From Pirellulales bacterium (GTDB lineage: Bacteria; Planctomycetota; Planctomycetia; Pirellulales; JALHPA01): a stretch of DNA of 64,000 bases. The stretch spans positions 8,558-72,557 of the forward strand of contig JBGSSS010000062.1 in NCBI GenBank assembly GCA_041736895.1, in the 5' to 3' direction. The notes beneath the pieces were generated by a model that saw only the letters and a list, made by a program, of their open reading frames with translations, searched no databases and was not told the DNA's origin. Of the stretch, positions 58,038 through 64,000 are shown piece after piece. Positions within the stretch are counted from its first letter, which is position 1. Each line of letters starts with the position of its first letter. Position numbers and translations under genes: made by a program.

Positions 58038-58071
58038 AAAGCCGGCCTCACGATCGCGAGGCCGGCTTTTT
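58038..58071. terminator. Bidirectional intrinsic terminator
   Basis: AAAGCCGGCCTC/GAGGCCGGCTTT stem between convergent genes. Confidence 0.85.
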
Positions 58072-58098
58072 GCTCAATCGTTAGCGAAAACAAGCCGC

Positions 58099-58443
58099 TT
58101 ACTTGTGCGCGTCGTGGCAGGCTTTGCAATTCGCCGCTTTCAGCAGCGCCTTGCCGTCTGTCCCCTTGGCGGCGGCGAGCAGCGCGTCGGTCTTGGTTTT
58201 CCAATCAGCGGCGTCGCCTTTCTTCGGAGTCGCGGCGACCATCGCTTCGTACAACTCGACGAGTTGTTTCTTTTCATCATCGCTGGCGCCGCCATCGGCG
58301 ACCTTCTTGTTAAGCCCCCCCTTCATTGCGACCTTCATAACGTCCTTGATCGTGTGCTTGGGCTTTTCATCGGCGGCCTGAGCCGCGAGCCAAGTCGTTC
58401 CCACGATGGCGAGAATCGCCAACAAACCAAATACCTTCCGCAT
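58099..58443 (-). CDS. Small secreted c-type cytochrome (C-terminal CxxCH, class II-like)
   Basis: Signal peptide; IKDVMK, C-terminal NCKACHDAHK; GGAGG RBS. Confidence 0.85.
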   Translation of the reverse strand: MRKVFGLLAILAIVGTTWLAAQAADEKPKHTIKDVMKVAMKGGLNKKVADGGASDDEKKQLVELYEAMVAATPKKGDAADWKTKTDALLAAAKGTDGKALLKAANCKACHDAHK

Positions 58444-58592
58444 TGAATCCTCCTGAACAAATCCCGAGATTTTGTCGCGGCGGGTTCTACGAGCCCGCAC
58501 CGCACAAGAATTATGCCGCTTGGGCCAAGGAGATTCCATGAATTTCCAGAGAATTGACTCAAAATTCTGGAAAAGCAGGAACTGCCGTGGAA

Positions 58593-59483
58593 TTAAGGTG
58601 AATGCGCTTCGGCATTTTGCGCTCCAGCAAAGTCCGCGGGCTCCAAGAAGCGGCGGAAGATGTTATGCCAGAGCTGCCGCCAGACGGCCTGCTCCGCCGC
58701 TGGATCCAAAGCGGTCATGGGCGCGCCTTCCCTCAGAGAAACCGCATTCGCCGTCCCGGACCAACTCCAGCGCCAAGGCCAGCCGCGCCGCACTGCAACC
58801 TCGTTGATTCGTTCCGTGACTCGCAGCGCCCACACCACGCCATAGGCCGCGCGGAAACTTTTCCATTCGTCGATTTCTGCCGATGTGGGAAAGATCGAGT
58901 CGTCTGTAACTGCGGCATCTCGTTTGACGGGCCGGAAGTTCAAAACCACCCACCACGGCACCACCGCGAGCATCGACGCGCCGATCAGCCAACTCGTGGG
59001 ATTCACGTCACCATCGCCCCAGGGAAGCTGCGGCCAGAGCATGGTCAATTGTGCCGCGGTGAGTAATAACACGGGTCCGGCATTGCTCGTGATGAGCCAG
59101 TTCCCGCCCTGCACTGCCAAGAGCAAGACAAGAAACCACGCGCGCAAGGGCTGCGCGGCGAGGTCGAACGACCGTTCCAAGAAATAACTTTCACCCGCCG
59201 GCCAGATGAGCATCAAGAGCAGCGCCGCGACGATCCATTGCCAACCGCGGTCTTGCGGACGTTTTGCGCCGTAAATCGCCGCCGCCGGAAGCAAGGTCGT
59301 GACGGCCGCCGAGTAATTTAGCAGCGAATTGTCTGCCCCTTGCCACGCCACGAACAATACCGCCAACCCGCTCGCCAAAACCCAACACCACGGAGCAGCC
59401 AATGTCGTTCGCCGGACATGCCTCCACAATCTCGGCAGGGCGAGCAATCCAACCAGCCCAGGAATAACGGCGATCCACGGCAT
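58593..59483 (-). CDS. Hypothetical integral membrane protein
   Basis: Multiple Trp-rich TMs; GAKRPQ and W..FR..YG..W motifs. Confidence 0.75.
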   Translation of the reverse strand: MPWIAVIPGLVGLLALPRLWRHVRRTTLAAPWCWVLASGLAVLFVAWQGADNSLLNYSAAVTTLLPAAAIYGAKRPQDRGWQWIVAALLLMLIWPAGESYFLERSFDLAAQPLRAWFLVLLLAVQGGNWLITSNAGPVLLLTAAQLTMLWPQLPWGDGDVNPTSWLIGASMLAVVPWWVVLNFRPVKRDAAVTDDSIFPTSAEIDEWKSFRAAYGVVWALRVTERINEVAVRRGWPWRWSWSGTANAVSLREGAPMTALDPAAEQAVWRQLWHNIFRRFLEPADFAGAQNAEAHSP

Positions 59484-59715
59484 CAGGAAAAAGGAGAATA
59501 TCGGGAAGTGGTCTGGGAACACCGACCGCAGCAGCAAGCTGGGCAATCCAAGCGGACCTTGGCGATTGCCACGATCTTGGCGGACAAGTTTTCCGCGAAA
59601 TGCCGAATGATAACTCCAGCGGCTTGCGAACAGCTAGCAAGGGTGCATTTTAGTATAGTGACTCGATTGAGCTACGGTTCTTGTTTTTCGGTTCGTGCTT
59701 TTTGTGGGGTGCCTG

Positions 59716-60099
59716 ATGAAGATCTCCCGCCTTGTCTTGACAACGGCCATCATTTGCGGCGGCGCGGCCTTGTTGCCGGCGGTGGAGATGTTCACGCACT
59801 ACAGCGATGGTTCGAGAATTGGCTTCGAATCGCTCAATGCCACGAAGAAAAGCTACCCCGGCTATCTCTTGCCAAATGGCACGCGGATGCCCGTCGCAGC
59901 CCCGTATTTTTATCCGGCCAACGGGGCGCATCCCTGGAACTGGCATGTGATGAGCAAACCAATGGTCGGGTTGCCGCTGCATGGAACGGCTTCGGCCCCG
60001 GCCGAACCGCCGCACAACCCCTACACCAAGCTGCCAATTCCTGCTCCGCGAGAAGTTGCCCCATTTCCGGCAAAAGTGCCTGGACAAATCTGGCCATAA
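59716..60099 (+). CDS. Hypothetical secreted Pro/aromatic-rich protein
   Basis: Signal-peptide-like N-terminus followed by EMFTHY. Confidence 0.6.
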   Translation: MKISRLVLTTAIICGGAALLPAVEMFTHYSDGSRIGFESLNATKKSYPGYLLPNGTRMPVAAPYFYPANGAHPWNWHVMSKPMVGLPLHGTASAPAEPPHNPYTKLPIPAPREVAPFPAKVPGQIWP

Positions 60100-60259
60100 A
60101 CGGCGCGATGGCATACGACTAGTTGCTAAGCAATTCAATCTGATCGCTACAGTTTCACAACATCAGCTTTACGGTTCTCCGTTGTTCAACCCGCAGATGA
60201 TAACTTGAGAGTACTCTAAGCGGCTTGTCCAGCTTGGACTTGCGGCATTGTCCATAGCC

Positions 60260-60276
60260 CCGGCAAAAACATTGCA
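60260..60276 (+). promoter_or_regulatory. Sigma54-like promoter with no downstream ORF
   Basis: CCGGCAAAAACATTGCA: GG-N10-GC with TTGC -12 box. Confidence 0.45.
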
Positions 60277-60287
60277 GCCCGGACGAA

Positions 60288-60481
60288 GTTCGGACGATGC
60301 TATCTATGTCGGAAAGAGCGATTCTCCAGTAGCCTGAGACAGGATGTCTGGCTCCATGAACGCTTGCGACACCGACAACAACTCGGAAGGGCGAACGGAC
60401 TCCGCTAGCACGAATCCGTTCGTTTCAGGATAAAGATCATGGCACGACGACGGAACGACGTGCCATGATCTTTTAATTTTT
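60288..60481 (+). ncRNA. Candidate GGA-rich small RNA (CsrB/Rsm-like)
   Basis: Sigma54-like promoter, seven GGA motifs including ACAGGATGT in a hairpin loop, 15-bp terminator stem with T-tail. Confidence 0.4.
60432..60481 (+). terminator. Intrinsic terminator (possibly bidirectional)
   Basis: AAAGATCATGGCACG/CGTGCCATGATCTTT stem followed by TAATTTTT. Confidence 0.85.
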
Positions 60482-60546
60482 ATGCAGCTGAATTGGCGAG
60501 CATTCCGAGCCACAATTATTCGTAGATCAAGGTCTTACGACCTTCG

Positions 60547-62046
60547 CTACTTCTTCGGCGCTTCCTTGCTGCTGTCAGGTGAGGCCAATTTCCGCTGCAA
60601 GGTTTCGGCGGCAACCCGATTGAAAAACACGGGGGTCTGCAAAGCCTCGGTCACGACGTTCAGCGCATCCGCGTTTTGGCCGCGATCCGCCAACATCTGG
60701 GCGACATAATACTTGCTATCGGGTGTAAGTTGGTTGGATTTGATGACCTCTTGGAGCACTTCTCCGGCCTTTTGTACATTGCCGGACTTGTAGTATGTCC
60801 AACCAAGGGTCGCCGCGGCTTCGACGGCAGTCTGTTGGTTTTGCCTGTTGTTGTTGAAGTTCAACATGGCCAATTGCACGGCACGTTCTTTCTTGGCCGG
60901 TTCAGGCTGTTCGGCGAGAACCAGGGCCAGATTGTTCGACACCGCGAAGTTGATCGGATACTGGGCGTTCAGCGCATCAAGCTGTCTCTCGGCAGTGACG
61001 TAATCTCGTGCCATGCGGGCGACAATCCCGCGCGTGAGTTGGGCATCGAGCGACTTGGAATCAATTTTCAGGGCTCCTTCGGCGTACTTGACGGCATTCT
61101 CGAGCTTGTTGGCCGAAACGGCGGATTGTGTCGCGTACAGAAAGCTCTTCAGGACGCGCTCCTTGTTACTGGCATCAGCGGCAACTTTTTCGGCCACAGC
61201 CGTTTCGACATACTTGGCCGCTTGTTCGCGTCCAGCATTGTCATTGAGCGACTCAAAGAGTTGGGCCATCGCGACATTCGGCGAAGGGAAGTTCTTATCG
61301 AGCTTCGCCGCTTCTTCCAGTTCTTTCAGGACCTCCGGGTCTTTGGAATTCAACTGAAATAACACTCGAGCCAAGCGTTGACGCGGGATCGAGGATTTGG
61401 CGTCCAGTCCAATCCACTTGTTCAAGCTGGCCTTGGCCACATCCCATTGTTTACGTGATTCAGCCACTGCTGCATTTATGTTCCAATAACGCTTGGCTAG
61501 ATTGTTAAGCCGAAAATTATTATCTTTGTAAGCCGCCAGTTTGGGCGAGGCGATGGCTAATACGGCCGCGGCGTCGGTGATACGTCCTTCGCTTATCGCT
61601 GCTTCGGCAAAGTAGAGATACGGTTCCGGGTCGGCTTCATTAGTGCGCACGCATTGTTCCAACTCGGCCCGTGCCAGTTGCGGCGACCGTGCGGCAATCA
61701 GCATGCGGGTCATCAGAATTTCCGCCGGAGGAAGTTCTTTGTAGTCGAGTCGCGCCGACTCGAATTTTTTGCGGGCAGCGTCGAAGTCGCGCTTCACAAA
61801 CAAAGCCATCGCGTCTTTGACGACCTTATACATTGGCGCTTCCGGCGTGGGGGTGCAGTCCTCGATGATGAGTTTGGCCTGCAGTTCCTCGGGCTTGGGC
61901 GCTTCGGCCTTCGCAGGATCGGCCTTGGGTGCAGCGGCCTTCGTGGGATCAGCCGCTGGTTGAGCCTGGATTCCTAGCCCCAGCACCGACAGCAGCAGGG
62001 CAATGCCCGACACATGAAATAACAAACGCGAGTGGAGCGACAACAT
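60547..62046 (-). CDS. Secreted tetratricopeptide-repeat protein
   Basis: Signal peptide; TPR-like helices (NNLALVLA, AATLGWTYYKSG, KYYVAQMLA). Confidence 0.85.
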   Translation of the reverse strand: MLSLHSRLLFHVSGIALLLSVLGLGIQAQPAADPTKAAAPKADPAKAEAPKPEELQAKLIIEDCTPTPEAPMYKVVKDAMALFVKRDFDAARKKFESARLDYKELPPAEILMTRMLIAARSPQLARAELEQCVRTNEADPEPYLYFAEAAISEGRITDAAAVLAIASPKLAAYKDNNFRLNNLAKRYWNINAAVAESRKQWDVAKASLNKWIGLDAKSSIPRQRLARVLFQLNSKDPEVLKELEEAAKLDKNFPSPNVAMAQLFESLNDNAGREQAAKYVETAVAEKVAADASNKERVLKSFLYATQSAVSANKLENAVKYAEGALKIDSKSLDAQLTRGIVARMARDYVTAERQLDALNAQYPINFAVSNNLALVLAEQPEPAKKERAVQLAMLNFNNNRQNQQTAVEAAATLGWTYYKSGNVQKAGEVLQEVIKSNQLTPDSKYYVAQMLADRGQNADALNVVTEALQTPVFFNRVAAETLQRKLASPDSSKEAPKK

Positions 62047-62412
62047 GACGAAAACTCTCCGAAGACGTGTAGTGGAGGATAATGGGCTGAGTTGGGCGGG
62101 CAGAAATACCGAGTCAGTTCAAGACTAACGATTCTTTTAAGTTTAATCATCCGCGCGGCGTCTCACTAGGGAATGGCGCGGAGATTTTACGTCGATTTAC
62201 GGGGAGTTTTGCGGAATATGCAGGTTGCGCCAGTTAGCCGACTGAAGAGCGTTTCCGCTGTGTAAATCTTCTTGCGAATATTTTCTTCATTTTTTGGATT
62301 TCCTTGCTTTTATATTTTTTCCGTCCCAGAGCGTGACTCGCTTGGCATTGCGAAGAATGCGAGATTCTAAAACATTATTTCTCGTCAATGCTCAATTATC
62401 AGTGCTTCTAAC

Positions 62413-63387
62413 TCAGCGAATCTTCTGCATCAGCAAAAGGTTGTCCGTCAGGTCCACAATCTCTTGCTGCTTGCCTGGTTGAAATTCGAATGTCCCTGGT
62501 TCGATCGGGCGATCGGTCGTGATGTCGGTGAACTCGATCATCACACACGGCACCCATTCTTCCGGCGGCACATTGCCCTTGGCTCCCAACGGCGGGCGGC
62601 TGTATTCGATGCGTTGCGGGAAGTAGTCGTGCTGACGAATGTAGAGCGTCACGCATCCAGGTATTTGCGGCGGGAATCCCCCCAGCACGCCGCCGGCGAC
62701 TTGCCCTGCTTGCTGCGGAACAAGTTTGGCGTACTCTTCGCCGCGCCACATCCCGCGAATCGACCAGGCCGGTGTCTTGTCGGCTTCCAGGTACCCTGTC
62801 TGCGCCTGATCCCATTGGAAATTCGTCTCGAGCTGCTTCAATAACTTGGGCATCCCGCCCCAGGCCCATAGATCTTGGGGAAGTTCCGCGCCCGACTGTT
62901 CTTGGCGATGGCGCAGCCGCCGCAAGTCTACCCGCGTCAGCATCGGCCCGATGAACGTCTCGTTGTTTGTCCAAACATACCGCCCATCGCAAACCTGAAA
63001 CGCGCTGACCGCGGTCTCTCCTGTTTGTAGGCGCAGTTCGTAGCGCAGTTTTTTTTCTTGGCCAGTCCCTGTTTGAAAATAGGTTCCCGCGCCGATCAAG
63101 TCCTGATCAAACAGCGCGACGCGCACACGAATGCGGGCCGAGAACTGTTCCAACCGGTCCAATTCTTGGCGAGTCCGTTCCAAGATTTGCTGGGCGGGAG
63201 TGGCTTGCGACGGTGCGGGCACTGCAGCCGCTATAGAATCCGTGGCAACAAGCGTTTCTCTCTCGCGCAAAGGTGCTGGCGGAGTGAGCGGCGTGCTAGC
63301 AGTTGCATCCCGATCTTCGGTGGCGGAACTGAACAATGCCAGCAATATGCCGGAGAGAATTGCGAAGCCTGGTAAAAGAATCTTCAT
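62413..63387 (-). CDS. Hypothetical exported protein, LolA-like fold suspected
   Basis: GTYFQ, QVCDGRYVW, FPQRIEY, FEFQP pattern resembling LolA/outer-membrane-sorting proteins. Confidence 0.65.
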   Translation of the reverse strand: MKILLPGFAILSGILLALFSSATEDRDATASTPLTPPAPLRERETLVATDSIAAAVPAPSQATPAQQILERTRQELDRLEQFSARIRVRVALFDQDLIGAGTYFQTGTGQEKKLRYELRLQTGETAVSAFQVCDGRYVWTNNETFIGPMLTRVDLRRLRHRQEQSGAELPQDLWAWGGMPKLLKQLETNFQWDQAQTGYLEADKTPAWSIRGMWRGEEYAKLVPQQAGQVAGGVLGGFPPQIPGCVTLYIRQHDYFPQRIEYSRPPLGAKGNVPPEEWVPCVMIEFTDITTDRPIEPGTFEFQPGKQQEIVDLTDNLLLMQKIR

Positions 63388-63718
63388 GTGCGGCTTTTAC
63401 CGGATTTGCCAAAGATTCGCATCGTAGCGGACCGAACTTACCCAGTAGGGCGAATTTGGATGCGCACCGATTGCGCAGGGATTTCGCTCGCGGCCGCCAG
63501 ACCATGCGGCGCGGAATCTTTCGAGCGGCCACCATAGTGCGGCCGGGCGAACGAGTCCAGAGAGATTTGAGAACTTGTCCGTTGCCTGTGATCCGGCCAC
63601 GAGTCCGCCGGCCGCCGGCAACAACGTCCTGCAATCCATGACGGATCAAGAATCCACGTCACCCGCTTGTCCGGCGTGGAGCCTTGTCACAACCCAAGAG
63701 GGCTCAGGGGGGAATCGC

Positions 63719-64000
63719 ATGAAAGTCACATTACGCTACGGGGCGCTGCTAGCAGGGTTGACCATCATGGTCACCGGCTGCGCGATTCCGGTGAATTCAC
63801 CGGAACCAATATTGTCCAAACACCGGCCGTTGAAGGTGCCGCACACCAACGTCCTCCCGCCAGCCCAGATGCTGATGCATCCGGGTCCGGGGGTCGATGG
63901 TCCGGGTCCTGGCGTGTTTATGACCGGCGTGCCGGTCTCCGATCCCGGCATGCTCGGCCCCTTGCCGACCTCGCAGATCGGTTTCGTCGGCATGGATGGG
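63719..64000 (+). CDS. Putative lipoprotein, 3'-truncated by the window edge
   Basis: GGGGGA RBS; MKVTLRYGALLAGLTIMVTGC lipobox; LMHPGPGVDGPGPGV; frame open to the end. Confidence 0.7.
   Translation, partial: MKVTLRYGALLAGLTIMVTGCAIPVNSPEPILSKHRPLKVPHTNVLPPAQMLMHPGPGVDGPGPGVFMTGVPVSDPGMLGPLPTSQIGFVGMDG

Overview
GC-rich bacterial chromosome segment, almost certainly Planctomycetota (Pirellulales-like), inferred from DUF1559 and DUF1570 proteins, a PVC-type heme c protein, a prenyltransferase-barrel/ExbBD cluster, an atypical dnaA paralogue and several REP-like palindrome families. It is mostly housekeeping and accessory genes: dnaA (partial), rmlA/rmlC, flgM, flhA-flhF-flhG-fliA, two tatA, tRNA-Val(CAC), lexA, a sulfatase, pepF, ABC transporters and TPR proteins. 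I saw no transposase, integrase, prophage, CRISPR array or rRNA. Most interesting signals: (1) a textbook -1 frameshift cassette (in-frame A_AAA_AAG-stop, 8-nt spacer, perfect 9-bp hairpin) linking a secreted ThuA-like ORF to a start-less heme c dehydrogenase ORF; (2) two tandem secreted proteins built from repeated [VI][VI]RDHR motifs, whose promoters and 3' ends are far better conserved than their coding sequences; (3) candidate structured non-coding RNAs, namely a sigma54-driven switch-like leader (~15.8-16.06 kb), a sigma54-driven GGA-rich CsrA-sponge-like sRNA (~60.3-60.5 kb) and a ~530-nt densely base-paired block (~40.35-40.88 kb); (4) a TonB/TolA-like membrane anchor fused to a prenyltransferase-type barrel downstream of exbBD. 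All calls are by eye. No database search or RNA folding was run.
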